Part shown: piece after piece, positions 42,082 to 52,716 of the stretch
Position numbering within the stretch: position 1 is the stretch's first letter
How the letters are laid out: each line of letters starts with the position of its first letter
Source of the DNA: Porticoccus sp.
Lineage (GTDB): Bacteria; Pseudomonadota; Gammaproteobacteria; Pseudomonadales; Porticoccaceae
Assembly (NCBI GenBank): GCA_047635115.1
Contig: JBLIJA010000001.1
Location: 1 to 53,774 of the forward strand
Direction of reading: 5' to 3'
Length of the DNA: 53,774 nucleotides
The notes under the pieces: model-generated
Databases searched by the model: none
What the model was told of the DNA's origin: nothing
The model's input: the letters and a program-made list of their open reading frames with translations, nothing else
Made by a program: the position numbers and the translations under genes

Positions 42082-44928
42082 ATGAAAAAAACCTCAGTAG
42101 CGTTTATTTACTTGTTTGTCGCCATGTTTGGTTGGAGCCAGGCGCTAGCGGCTCGTCCATGCCATGATATTCAGGTTGAAGATAGCGGTCAGATTGCACA
42201 GAGCGATAGTGATCATTCGGAATACCGTTATTTGCAGTTGCCTAACCAAATGCAGGTGTTGCTCGTGTCAGACAAAAAAGCTGACAAGGCGGTGGCGGCG
42301 CTGGATGTCTTTGTCGGTAGTTCTCACGATCCGATTAAACGGCAGGGGCTGGCACATTTTTTGGAGCATATGCTGTTTTTGGGTACCGACCGCTACCCAG
42401 AGGCAGATGAGTATCAGGCATTTATTAGTCAGCATGGTGGGCGGCATAATGCCTACACCTCTTTTGATCATACCAACTATTTTTTCGATATAAAACCTGA
42501 AGATCTTGATTCTGCACTGGATCGTTTTTCCCGGTTCTTTGTGGCACCACTATTTAATGCTGAGTATGTGGATCGAGAGAAAAATGCTGTGCATTCCGAG
42601 TACAAGGCCAGAATTAAAAATGATTATCGCCGTCAGTTGAATGTTTTTAGTGAGGTGGCTAACCCTAATCATCCTGCCTCGAAATTCAGTGTGGGAAATC
42701 TGGACACATTGGCAGATAACAAGGAGAGTAATGTTCGAGATGATCTGCTGGCATTCTACCGACAACATTACTCTGCCAATCGGATGACCCTCGTGGTTTT
42801 GGCGCCGAATTCGCTAGATGAACTCGAGTTGATGGTGCGTCCGCGCTTTGAGCAAGTGCCTAATACGCAAAGTGAGCAGCCTGAACATGGGCAGGCACTT
42901 TTTGAGAAGGGCAAATTACCATTATTGTTATCTCTTCAGCCAGTTCAGGAGCTGAGGGAGTTGTCGGTGACAATGCCATTGCCACCAGTGCATGAATATT
43001 ATCGACAGAAGCCCCTGGCTTACCTTGGAAACCTCATTGGACATGAGGGTGAAGGTAGCTTGTTGTCCTTGCTCAAATCGAAAGGCTGGGCAGAAAGCCT
43101 GCGGGCCGGGGCAGGCGTTTCGGGTCAAAATGGTAGTTCTTTTGATATTACTGTTGGGTTGACCCCTAGCGGCTTGTCGAGCTGGCAGCAGGTATTAGCA
43201 CTTATTTTCCAGGAAATTGCCTTAGTGGCAGAGCAGGGGGTGACTGAGTGGCGCTTCCAGGAGCAGGGTGCCTTGGCAGAGATGCAGTTTCGTCACAAAG
43301 AATTGGGTGACCCTGTACACCGAACCAGTCAGCTGGCGAATCAGTTGCATAAATACCCCTATAAGGATGTGATGCGCGGTCCCTACCGTATGGATGTGTT
43401 TGATCCTGAGATGATTGCTGAAATGTTGGCTCTGATGAAACCAGGCAATGCCCTGGTCACATTGATGGCGCCAGGAGTAGAAGTAAATAAAGTGTCAACT
43501 CTTTACCAGGTACCTTATAGCGTTGTCCAGTTACCAGAAACAGGGGTAAAAGTAAGCGCAGAGGGATTGCAGCTACCTCGGGCGAATGACTTCCTGCCTG
43601 CCAGTTTCGTGCTTAACCATCCTGGGAAAGTGGATGAGCCTGGATGGCCTCTATTGTTGGTAGATAAGCCGGAATATCGTCTGTGGAATTATTCTGATGA
43701 CTATTATCAGGTTCCCAAGGCTCAGTTTTTTGTGGCGGTGAAAACGCCGGTTGTTAATGATGCGCGGGCCGCGGCAATGACCGATCTCTATCTGAGGCTG
43801 GTAAAGGAAACACTTAATGAGTCCAGTTATTCGGCCTCGTTGGCGGGCTTGGGGTACAGTGTAAACCGTCGCCCTGATGGTTTAGGTTTTGTAGTTAGTG
43901 GCTTTGATAACAAATTACCGATTTTGACAAAGGCTGTGGTGGAGGCGCTGCTGGCACCGACCTTAACTGACGAGTTGGTAGAGCGACTGAAAGATGAGCT
44001 TATTAGAAAATGGGGCAACGGTTCCAAAGATACCCCCTACAAACAGCTGATGCGTGAAGTAGGCTTGTTGCTCAACACGGCTGCCTGGCAGCCCGAGGCA
44101 CTGGCTGATGCTCTTGACGGTTTTGATCGTGAAGCGTTCGATCAATTTGTGGCTGACCTGTATCAGGGCGCGACGCTGGAAATGATGGCCAGTGGTAATT
44201 TGGCTCAAGACGAAGTCGAAAAACTTGCCGGATCGATAGCAGATCATTTAGTCGGAAATCAACCTGAAGGCTGGATTGAGCGCGGAGTGATTCGTATTCC
44301 TCCAGGAGAAAAAATACATATACCTATGTCAATTGATCACAGGGATGCGGCGATTCTCCGGTATTATCAGGGGCGTAGCGATAGTCTTGATGAGACAGCT
44401 CAAATGATGTTATTGAGGCAGTTGATGAAGTCAGAGTTTTTTCATCAGTTACGAACCGAGCAGCAGCTAGGTTATGTGGTTGCAGTTGTAGATCAGGGGG
44501 TCGATAGAGTCCCTGGTTTTGGTTTGCTGGTGCAATCTCCTACAGTTCTTGTACCCCAGCTGGAAGAAGCTGTTGATCAGTTTTTGGTTGGTTTTAAGCA
44601 ACAGCTTCAATTGATGCCAGATGAAATATTTGAGAGTCATCGCCAGGCGGTGTTGACGGGACTCAGGGAAAAGCCCAAGAGTCTATCTGAGCAGTCAGCA
44701 CGGTTCTGGGGCAGTGTCGATTTGCGTGATTATAATTTTAGTCGCAGAGAGCGATTGATCGACGCTGTGGCACTGCTCGCTCGGGAAACACTGCTCCAAA
44801 CCTATAATGATTTAGTGCTGGAGTCGGGCTATTCATTGCAATTGGATGGCACCCAAGGTGAGGCCGCTGACGGCGACCAGCTTGGGCAGAATCGCGATGT
44901 TTATCGTTTGCCAACAAAAAATATGTAA
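42082..44928 (+). CDS. Secreted M16A insulinase/pitrilysin-family zinc peptidase
   Basis: Signal peptide, GLAHFLEHMLF (HxxEH), NAYT, LRTEQQLGYVV. Confidence 0.93.
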   Translation: MKKTSVAFIYLFVAMFGWSQALAARPCHDIQVEDSGQIAQSDSDHSEYRYLQLPNQMQVLLVSDKKADKAVAALDVFVGSSHDPIKRQGLAHFLEHMLFLGTDRYPEADEYQAFISQHGGRHNAYTSFDHTNYFFDIKPEDLDSALDRFSRFFVAPLFNAEYVDREKNAVHSEYKARIKNDYRRQLNVFSEVANPNHPASKFSVGNLDTLADNKESNVRDDLLAFYRQHYSANRMTLVVLAPNSLDELELMVRPRFEQVPNTQSEQPEHGQALFEKGKLPLLLSLQPVQELRELSVTMPLPPVHEYYRQKPLAYLGNLIGHEGEGSLLSLLKSKGWAESLRAGAGVSGQNGSSFDITVGLTPSGLSSWQQVLALIFQEIALVAEQGVTEWRFQEQGALAEMQFRHKELGDPVHRTSQLANQLHKYPYKDVMRGPYRMDVFDPEMIAEMLALMKPGNALVTLMAPGVEVNKVSTLYQVPYSVVQLPETGVKVSAEGLQLPRANDFLPASFVLNHPGKVDEPGWPLLLVDKPEYRLWNYSDDYYQVPKAQFFVAVKTPVVNDARAAAMTDLYLRLVKETLNESSYSASLAGLGYSVNRRPDGLGFVVSGFDNKLPILTKAVVEALLAPTLTDELVERLKDELIRKWGNGSKDTPYKQLMREVGLLLNTAAWQPEALADALDGFDREAFDQFVADLYQGATLEMMASGNLAQDEVEKLAGSIADHLVGNQPEGWIERGVIRIPPGEKIHIPMSIDHRDAAILRYYQGRSDSLDETAQMMLLRQLMKSEFFHQLRTEQQLGYVVAVVDQGVDRVPGFGLLVQSPTVLVPQLEEAVDQFLVGFKQQLQLMPDEIFESHRQAVLTGLREKPKSLSEQSARFWGSVDLRDYNFSRRERLIDAVALLARETLLQTYNDLVLESGYSLQLDGTQGEAADGDQLGQNRDVYRLPTKNM

Positions 44929-45062
44929 TAAAACTATATCAATAAAATATACGAGTATAAAAATACAAAATGATTAAAAACAATAGTATATAGAATATTA
45001 TTTCTGGTTTTTTTTGGTTTAATGAAAAAAATAATCGTATTTTTTAGGGTGATTTTATCATA

Positions 45063-45083
45063 TTTTGTAGCTATACTACAAAA
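45063..45083. promoter_or_regulatory. Palindromic operator upstream of aceE (HexR/RccR-like)
   Basis: TTTTGTAG-ctata-CTACAAAA in an AT-rich spacer; resembles TGTAGT-N3-ACTACA sites of RpiR-family carbon regulators. Confidence 0.55.
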
Positions 45084-45175
45084 AGTTTTTGGGGCTGTAA
45101 TCTGTATGGTTTCGGGATATCCTATACTTCTCGAGGGTCTCCCTATAGATAGTTAACGTATTAAAGGTATCGGTC

Positions 45176-47830
45176 ATGCAAGAAGATATGGATCCTGTCG
45201 AAACTCAGGAATGGCTTGAGTCGCTGGATTCAGTTTTAAAGCATCATGGGGAAGAGCGAACCGCATTTCTGCTAAAGCAGTTACTTGATCGAGCCACATT
45301 CACTGGGGTTAGTATGCCTCAGTCCATCACCACGCCCTACCGTAATACCATCCCTACTACCCGTGAGAAACGTATGCCGGGTGACCTGTTCATGGAGCGA
45401 AGTATTCGCTCCATGATTCGCTGGAATGCGCTAGCCATGGTTATGCGGGCTAACAAGGATCCAGAAGAAGGTGTTGGCGGTCATATTGCGTCGTTTGCTT
45501 CCTCTGCCACACTTTACGATATTGGTTTTAACTATTTCTTTCGTGGTGACGAAGGTGGAAACCGTGGTGATTTGATTTATTTTCAAGGCCACAGTGCGCC
45601 GGGTATTTATGCGCGCTCTTATCTCGAGCGCCGTTTTGATGAAGAAGATTTAGATAATTACCGTCGGGAGGTGGAAGGTAAAGGACTGTCCTCTTATCCG
45701 CACCCTTGGCTGATGCCAGACTACTGGCAGTTCCCCACAGTTTCTATGGGGTTGGGGCCCTTGCAGGCTATTTATCAGGCCCATGTTATGCGTTACCTGT
45801 CTGCGCGTGAATTGGTGCCCCGGGGTGATCGTAAGGTCTGGGCCTTTCTTGGTGATGGCGAGTGTGATGAGCCAGAAACGTTGGGTGCTATTTCTTTAGC
45901 CGGTCGTGAAAATCTTGAAAATTTGATCTTCGTTGTGAACTGTAATCTACAGCGTCTCGATGGTCCTGTACGTGGAAATGGCAAAATTATCCAGGAGCTT
46001 GAAGGCGTATTCCGTGGTGCCGGTTGGAATGTTATTAAAGTTGTTTGGGGGCGTTTGTGGGACCCTCTGCTAGCCAATGACAAGAGCGGCCTACTACAAA
46101 AGCGTATGGATGAGGCTTGTGACGGAGATTATCAAAATTACAAACATAATGGCGGGGCTTACACGCGCGACCACTTTTTTGGTGCGTCCCCTGAATTAAA
46201 AGAATTAGTGGAAGACTTGAGTGATGAGGACATTATGTACCTAAACCGCGGGGGGCATGATCCTTATAAAGTGTATGCGGCCTATGCTGAGGCGATGGCC
46301 CACAAGGGGCAGCCCACAGTTATTTTGGCGAAGACAGTCAAGGGTTATGGCATGGGGGTGGGTTCTGGCGAGGCGGCCAATGATACTCACTCCATCAAGA
46401 AGCTAGATTTAGAAAGCCTTAAGCATTTTAGGGATCGTTTTGGTATTCCTATTGCTGATGATGAGTTGGCAAATGTCCCCTATTACCGGCCACCAGTAGA
46501 TAGCCTCGAAATGGTTTACATGAACAAGCGAAGGGCATCCCTTGGTGGCCCTTTGCCTGCACGCCGAGCGGATTTTGATCCGCTGGCGATTATGCCATTG
46601 TCAGATTTTGGTAAGTTGCTGGAAGGTAGTGGAGAAAGGAAAATTTCCACAACTATGGCGTTTGTTCGGCAGCTTGGTATGTTGCTAAAAGACAAAAATA
46701 TAGGCGAGCGTGTTGTGCCTATTGTTCCTGATGAAGCGCGTACCTTCGGAATGGAGGGCATGTTCCGCCAGTTGGGCATATATTCTTCCGCAGGGCAGAA
46801 GTATGTTCCACAGGATCATGAGCAAATCATGTACTACAAGGAAGATAAGAAAGGGCAGATTCTCGAAGAAGGTATTTGTGAGGCCGGCGCTATGTCCGCC
46901 TGGATGGCTCTAGCTACCTCCTATAGCACCAACCATTTCCCAATGATCCCTGTGTATATTTGTTACTCTATGTTTAGTTTTCAGCGGATTGGTGATTTGG
47001 CATGGGCTGCAGGTGATATGCAGGCGAGGGGTTTCCTCATTGGAGCAACGGCTGGTCGTACAACCCTCAATGGCGAAGGGTTGCAGCATCAGGATGGCCA
47101 TAGCCATTTGTTAGCGAATACTATTCCAAACTGTCGAACTTATGACCCCGCCTATGCTTATGAGCTAGTGACTATTGTACAGGATGGTTTGAAGGTGATG
47201 TTTGAGCAGCAGAGGAACTACTTTTATTACCTCACGACCATGAATGAAAATTATCAGCAGCCAGCCATGCCGGTCAATGTTGAGAAAGGCATCATCAAGG
47301 GTCTGTATTTATTTGAAGAAGGTGATGAGTCTGAGCTGAAGGTACAGCTAATGGGGGCTGGTAGCATTCTCAATGAGGTGCGTGAAGCAGCTGTGATTCT
47401 AAAGGAAAAATATAATGTATCAGCTGATATCTGGAGTCTCACCAGTGTTAATCAGTTGGCGCGTGATGGTCAGGCTGCAGAGCGATGGAATACGCTACAT
47501 CCAGAGCAGGAAGCAAAAGTACCCTACATTACTGATCAGTTGGCAGGGCATCAAGGTCCAGTCGTAGTGGCTACCGATTATGTCAAAACCTACACGGAGC
47601 AGTTGCGAGCTTATATTCCTGCGAGTTATCGCGTGCTAGGAACTGATGGTTTTGGCCGAAGTGATACCCGTGAGAAGCTACGTCATTTTTTCGAAGTGAA
47701 TCGCTACTTTGTCGCAATTGCAGCATTAAAATCCCTGGCGGATGAAGAGAAAATAGACGTTGCTGTAGTAACGCAGGCGATTGCTGATTTCGATTTAGAC
47801 CCTGACAAAACCAACCCGCTTTACTGTTAA
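45176..47830 (+). CDS. aceE: Pyruvate dehydrogenase E1 (homodimeric type)
   Basis: DPVETQEWL, YPHPWLMP, GDGE...NCNLQRLDGPV, GEGLQH. Confidence 0.98.
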   Translation: MQEDMDPVETQEWLESLDSVLKHHGEERTAFLLKQLLDRATFTGVSMPQSITTPYRNTIPTTREKRMPGDLFMERSIRSMIRWNALAMVMRANKDPEEGVGGHIASFASSATLYDIGFNYFFRGDEGGNRGDLIYFQGHSAPGIYARSYLERRFDEEDLDNYRREVEGKGLSSYPHPWLMPDYWQFPTVSMGLGPLQAIYQAHVMRYLSARELVPRGDRKVWAFLGDGECDEPETLGAISLAGRENLENLIFVVNCNLQRLDGPVRGNGKIIQELEGVFRGAGWNVIKVVWGRLWDPLLANDKSGLLQKRMDEACDGDYQNYKHNGGAYTRDHFFGASPELKELVEDLSDEDIMYLNRGGHDPYKVYAAYAEAMAHKGQPTVILAKTVKGYGMGVGSGEAANDTHSIKKLDLESLKHFRDRFGIPIADDELANVPYYRPPVDSLEMVYMNKRRASLGGPLPARRADFDPLAIMPLSDFGKLLEGSGERKISTTMAFVRQLGMLLKDKNIGERVVPIVPDEARTFGMEGMFRQLGIYSSAGQKYVPQDHEQIMYYKEDKKGQILEEGICEAGAMSAWMALATSYSTNHFPMIPVYICYSMFSFQRIGDLAWAAGDMQARGFLIGATAGRTTLNGEGLQHQDGHSHLLANTIPNCRTYDPAYAYELVTIVQDGLKVMFEQQRNYFYYLTTMNENYQQPAMPVNVEKGIIKGLYLFEEGDESELKVQLMGAGSILNEVREAAVILKEKYNVSADIWSLTSVNQLARDGQAAERWNTLHPEQEAKVPYITDQLAGHQGPVVVATDYVKTYTEQLRAYIPASYRVLGTDGFGRSDTREKLRHFFEVNRYFVAIAALKSLADEEKIDVAVVTQAIADFDLDPDKTNPLYC

Positions 47831-47902
47831 TACTTGTGGCTAAACACTTTATGGTTAAGCTCTCAGATATCAAATAAAGCGTACGAGGAAAGAGAATTTA
47901 TA

Positions 47903-49567
47903 GTGACCACTGAAATTATTTATCTGCCTGACCTTGGCGGCGCCGAAACTGTCGAAGTTATTGAACTCTGTGTTGCCCCTGGGGATATCGTGGAGCTGGA
48001 GCAATCTTTGGTTGTACTGGAGTCAGATAAAGCCACCATGGACGTTCCCAGTCCAAAGGCCGGGGTTGTGAAGGCCATGATCGTAAAGGAAGGTGACACT
48101 GTCAGTGAGGGTTCTGCCATTATTGAGTTAGAGTTGGCAAGGGTTGAGCTGGAGATTAGGGCGGAGCCAGCAGTCGTAGGGAATCTGGCATCTCAGCCTG
48201 AGGTTGTCTCAGAGTCTGTCGAAGCTGTGGAGAATAAGAAAGCTCCTGCTCCATCACCAACCCCATTATTAGCTACAAATGGCGTTACTGAGCAGATGGT
48301 GAGTGTGCCTGATATTGGTACTACCGACTTGGTGGAGGTGATTGAAGTCCCCGTGTCTATTGGCGATCAGCTCATTGAAGGTGACAGTCTTCTTGTGGTG
48401 GAAGGTGATAAGGCAACGATGGACATCCCCGTTCCCTTTGGTGGGGAGTTGCTCGAAGTACTGGTCAAAGAGGGAGATAAGGTTGCCATGGGTGACAATC
48501 TTGCTCGTATGATGACGGGTGCTGCTGTAGAGATTCCTATGGGAGAAGTGGTTAAGCCAACTGTGGAATCTGTCGAGAGTGCGACTGGTTTATCGGTGTC
48601 GCCTGATTCTGGGGTTGCACCAATAGCTATTTCCGGTACCGAGCCTTCAGCGGAGGCTGGCATTTATGCCGGCCCAGCATCCCGTGCGCTGGCGAGAGAG
48701 CTGGGTGTTAATTTGCACAAGATTACTGGTACCGGACCTCGCGGTCGTATTCTTAAAGAGGATTTGCAGGGTTATGTGAAAAAAGCAGTGGCTGCAGCTG
48801 AATCCGGTTCTGGCTTGTCGGAAGTGAGTGTAGGTATTCCAGCAGTACCGGATGTGGATTATGGTAAGTTTGGTGAGATTGACATTTTTCCTCTAAATAA
48901 AATTCAGAAACTCACTGCAAATAATCTGCAGCGAAACTGGCTTAATGTCCCCCATGTTACTCAGTTTGACGAAGCCGATATCACCGACCTAGAAGACTTT
49001 AGGCGGTCATTAAAGTCAGAGGCAGAGAGACGAGATACTCGGCTTACTCCGCTTCCTTTCTTGTTGAAAGCCTGCGCGCATGCGCTTTTTGCTAATCCGG
49101 AATTCAATCGGTCTATCACCAGTGATGGTGAAAACTTCGTACAAAAAAAATACGTGCATATTGGTGTGGCGGTGGACACTCCTCGTGGTTTGCTGGTTCC
49201 AGTGATTCGTGATGTAGATGAGAAAGGTTTGTGGCAGCTGGCGAATGAAATAAACGAGATGGCTGTAAAAGCTCGAGATGGGAAATTGTCTTCTGCTGAA
49301 ATGCAAGGTGGCTGTTTTACTATCTCGAGTTTGGGTGCAATAGGTGGCAATGGGTTTACTCCCATCGTCAATGCGCCTGAAGTGGGTATACTTGGGGTTG
49401 CAAAATCTCAGATTAAGCCGGTCTGGAATGGCTCTGAGTTTCTGCCCAGAATGATGTTGCCGCTCAGTGTCTCCTATGATCACCGAGTTGTTAACGGAGC
49501 CGGTTGTGGTCGATTTTTTACCTATTTGGTTCAAGATCTAGGTGATACAAGGAGGTTGGCGCTGTAG
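47903..49567 (+). CDS. aceF: Pyruvate dehydrogenase E2, two lipoyl domains
   Basis: ESDKATMDVP and EGDKATMDIP, GTGPRGRI, YDHRVVNG; GTG start inferred. Confidence 0.96.
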   Translation: MTTEIIYLPDLGGAETVEVIELCVAPGDIVELEQSLVVLESDKATMDVPSPKAGVVKAMIVKEGDTVSEGSAIIELELARVELEIRAEPAVVGNLASQPEVVSESVEAVENKKAPAPSPTPLLATNGVTEQMVSVPDIGTTDLVEVIEVPVSIGDQLIEGDSLLVVEGDKATMDIPVPFGGELLEVLVKEGDKVAMGDNLARMMTGAAVEIPMGEVVKPTVESVESATGLSVSPDSGVAPIAISGTEPSAEAGIYAGPASRALARELGVNLHKITGTGPRGRILKEDLQGYVKKAVAAAESGSGLSEVSVGIPAVPDVDYGKFGEIDIFPLNKIQKLTANNLQRNWLNVPHVTQFDEADITDLEDFRRSLKSEAERRDTRLTPLPFLLKACAHALFANPEFNRSITSDGENFVQKKYVHIGVAVDTPRGLLVPVIRDVDEKGLWQLANEINEMAVKARDGKLSSAEMQGGCFTISSLGAIGGNGFTPIVNAPEVGILGVAKSQIKPVWNGSEFLPRMMLPLSVSYDHRVVNGAGCGRFFTYLVQDLGDTRRLAL

Positions 49568-49764
49568 TTGGAGTGATGTTGAGAGGGCATTATTCGAGAA
49601 ATTATCTATGTTATTGTAGAAGAACTCTCGTTTTTTTATAGTTTTAGGCGAAGTTGGGTTGTTTTAGCGTTTGGTTTAAATGGTAGGTTTTGTGCAAATA
49701 GGTATTTATTGTGTCTAAGTGATTGTTGCCAAGACTTTCGGTGTATGTCGAACAGGATATTGAC

Positions 49765-50213
49765 ATGATGTATGTAAGGCCCGACCGAAAGCTATTGTCT
49801 GGCTTGATCATTGTTTCAATCATGTACTTTAGCAAGTTAGCTTTTGCTCCATGCGTAGTCGCTGAGGCTGATATAAAATCTGTTAAATTCGTTATTGATA
49901 GTCAGATTACAGCCTTCAAGTCAGGCGATCACACATTGGCTTATTCCTTTGCTGCACCCAATGTGCAGCAAGCCTTCTTTCTGTCGATACCTTTATTGAT
50001 ATGGTGCGACGAGGTTATACGCCACTTTTCCGACCTTCATCCTATTTTTATGGACGAAGCATGCTCTCCGAGGGTGAGGTCTATCAAGAGTTAATCGTGA
50101 CTGACACATCCAGGCAGCTGTGGCAAATTATCTATACATTGAGTCAGCAGAAAGATCAAATTTGGAAAGTGACTAATGTGTTGATGTACCCCTACAAGGG
50201 TACTACCGCTTAG
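49765..50213 (+). pseudogene. DUF4864-like secreted protein, frameshifted near 49978
   Basis: Frame 1 has a signal peptide and VIDSQITAF...AYSFAAPNVQQAF; frame 2 continues SVDTFIDMVRRGY.PLFRP...QELIVTD...WKV. Confidence 0.75.
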
Positions 50214-50245
50214 GTCTGTTGTTAGGTGCTTTGGTAAAAATGATA

Positions 50246-50294
50246 ATGTTGGCGAGGTTGACAGGGTTAATACCAGTGCAGCCTCGCCAATGTT
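50246..50294. terminator. Hairpin between convergent genes
   Basis: TTGGCGAGGTTG ... CAGCCTCGCCAA. Confidence 0.55.
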
Positions 50295-50309
50295 AGTTGT
50301 GGTAATTAT

Positions 50310-52085
50310 TTATTCTGGTTGTTTCTTCGCGGTATCTTTTTTAGGTGTGTCAGACTTCTTGTCTTTTGGTTTCTCGCTTGTGGGATGATTTTTCTGCAAA
50401 CTTGAGCTCGGAAGGCTTAGCTTCATCGGCTGTTGGCATACCCGCACCTTGTTTTTAAGGTGGTTGAAGATCTCTTTTGGCATGCCGTCGGGAAGATCAA
50501 CTGTGCTGAAGTCATCCTCCAGTTTTATCCGTCCGATGTGCTGACTTTCAATGCCGGCCTCATTAGCAATTGCGCCAACAATATCTTTGGGCATGACACC
50601 GTGGTTTTTCCCTACTTCCATGCGGTAGGTGACCATCTCAATGTCATCGTTCCGTGAGCGTTCCTGGCGAGGGCGATCACTGCGTACTTTTCGGTCGGGC
50701 CTATCGCTTCGATCTTTGCGATCAGGTCTGTTTTGGCGTTCGCTTCTTCCCTGATTGCTTGCGTCGAGAGCAATGATTTTGGGAAACAGCGGACGTTCTT
50801 GTTGAAGCTGAGAAGTCATTGCTGCGGCAATATCAGTCATTGAAATATTGTGCTCTTCAGCGAGCTTTTCCAGTAGTGGTTTGAATTGATCGTGATTGCC
50901 GGTTTCAATATGCTGCAGAATACGATCCTGGAATTGCTGTACGCGTTGGCCGCTCACCTGTTCGCCAGTTGGTAGCTGCATGATGGTCAGCTTTTGGCGG
51001 GTAGACTGTTCAATAGAGCGAAGTAACCGGTGTTCTTTCGGTGCCACAAACAGAATAGCTTGACCTTCGCGGCCAGCACGACCCGTACGGCCAATACGGT
51101 GTACGTAGGACTCGTTGTCGTAGGGGATATCGTAATTCACCACATGACTAATGCGTTCCACATCAAGACCGCGTGCGGCCACATCGGTAGCAACGACGAT
51201 ATCGACCTGGCCTTTTTTCAGGCGATTGACAGTGCGTTCACGGAGGGTCTGGCTTAGATCCCCGTTTAGTGCAGCCGATGAAAAGCCTCTAGCTTCGAGC
51301 TTTTCAGCTACTTCTGCAGTAGCCGATTTGGTGCGCACAAAAATCAGCATACCATCGAACTCTTCGACTTCAAGAATTCTAGTTAACGCTTCCATTTTCT
51401 GGTGCCCCTTAACCATCAAGTAGCGCTGAGTAATACGCTCTACAGTTTTGGTTTTGGCCTCGATGCTAACTTCCTTGGCATTGCCCAAATACTTTTTAAC
51501 CACCCGGCGAATAGTCGGTGGCATGGTGGCGGAGAATAGTGCCCGCTGACAGGTATCAGGGGTCTCGGCCAAAATAGTTTCTACGTCATCGATAAAGCCC
51601 ATGCGCAGCATTTCATCAGCTTCATCAAGCACTAATGCATTCAGCTCGTTGAGCTTCAGGCTGCGACGGCGAATGTGATCGAGAATTCGTCCGGGTGTGC
51701 CGACAATAACTTGGGCGCCCCGTTCCAGGCCGCGTAGTTGGCCTCGCATATCTGTCCCGCCGTAGATTGGCAGTACATGGAAACCTTTGAGGTTGCGGGC
51801 GTAGGTTTGGAAGGCTTCAGCCACCTGAATAGCCAGCTCGCGGGTTGGTGTAAGGACCAAAATCTGTGGTGTATTTTGGGCGCTATTGATGCGACTCAGT
51901 AGTGGTAGCGCAAATGCGGCTGTTTTACCGGTACCTGTTTGGGCGACGCCAAGCAAACTCTCCCCAGCTAGGAGTATTGGAATGCTCTGTGCTTGAATAG
52001 GGGAGGGTTGTTCATACCCCAGTTGTTGAACGGCTTTAAGCATCGGACTAGCAATGCCTAGTGATTCAAAATCGGGGGATGACAT
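50310..52085 (-). CDS. deaD: DEAD-box RNA helicase DeaD/CsdA
   Basis: AQTGTGKT, PTRELA, DEAD, SAT, HRIGRTGRAG, C-terminal DbpA RNA-binding domain (IVGAIANEAG). Confidence 0.96.
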   Translation of the reverse strand: MSSPDFESLGIASPMLKAVQQLGYEQPSPIQAQSIPILLAGESLLGVAQTGTGKTAAFALPLLSRINSAQNTPQILVLTPTRELAIQVAEAFQTYARNLKGFHVLPIYGGTDMRGQLRGLERGAQVIVGTPGRILDHIRRRSLKLNELNALVLDEADEMLRMGFIDDVETILAETPDTCQRALFSATMPPTIRRVVKKYLGNAKEVSIEAKTKTVERITQRYLMVKGHQKMEALTRILEVEEFDGMLIFVRTKSATAEVAEKLEARGFSSAALNGDLSQTLRERTVNRLKKGQVDIVVATDVAARGLDVERISHVVNYDIPYDNESYVHRIGRTGRAGREGQAILFVAPKEHRLLRSIEQSTRQKLTIMQLPTGEQVSGQRVQQFQDRILQHIETGNHDQFKPLLEKLAEEHNISMTDIAAAMTSQLQQERPLFPKIIALDASNQGRSERQNRPDRKDRSDRPDRKVRSDRPRQERSRNDDIEMVTYRMEVGKNHGVMPKDIVGAIANEAGIESQHIGRIKLEDDFSTVDLPDGMPKEIFNHLKNKVRVCQQPMKLSLPSSSLQKNHPTSEKPKDKKSDTPKKDTAKKQPE

Positions 52086-52230
52086 AGGGGGAACCTGAGT
52101 AGCTTGCGGTGGGTCGAATACGGGGGCGAAAGTATACGCGTATCACCCTGAATGATAAAGAATTATTAGTAATATATATCCTATAGCTGCTGTGGGTTCT
52201 AGGACGATTTTGACGCTTTTTTGCATCTCA

Positions 52231-52671
52231 TTATTTCGCTAATAATCGGTCTAGGGCATTAGCAAATTGCTGGCGTTCCGTGTTGTTCATGCTGGGTGGG
52301 CCTCCGCGAACCTCGCCTATGGTGCGAAGTTCTTCCATTAGATTTCGCATGGCCAGCCGTTGCCGGATATTAGCCTTGGTAAAGTGTTCCCCCCGGGGGC
52401 TGATAACCTCCGCGCCCTTTTCGACAGCTTCTGCAGCCATTGGAATATCGGAAGTGATCACAATATTACCGGGGCTAACACGTTGAACAATGTAGTTATC
52501 GGCCACATCAAACCCACTATCCACTCGTATAGCTTTGATCAGCGGTGATGAAGGTACGCGAATATTGTGATTGGCGACTAACGTCAGGGGTACCTTGCAG
52601 CGTTGCGCGGCCCGAAAAAGGATGTCCTTAATGGGATTGGGACAGGCATCGGCATCTACCCAGATATGCAT
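52231..52671 (-). CDS. yaiI: YaiI/YqxD family protein
   Basis: IWVDADACP, GFDVAD, ITSDIPMA. Confidence 0.92.
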   Translation of the reverse strand: MHIWVDADACPNPIKDILFRAAQRCKVPLTLVANHNIRVPSSPLIKAIRVDSGFDVADNYIVQRVSPGNIVITSDIPMAAEAVEKGAEVISPRGEHFTKANIRQRLAMRNLMEELRTIGEVRGGPPSMNNTERQQFANALDRLLAK

Positions 52672-52716
52672 GTAATTAACCTTTCTTCTGACTTTTTCCA
52701 ATAGATATTTATTGTG

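Noticed and set aside
49568-49764. Absence of lpdA after aceEF as a gene loss
   Set aside because: E3 is commonly encoded elsewhere in Pseudomonas-like genomes
50655-50750. RPDRK/RSDR repeats in deaD
   Set aside because: Typical low-complexity Arg/Asp linker of DeaD helicases
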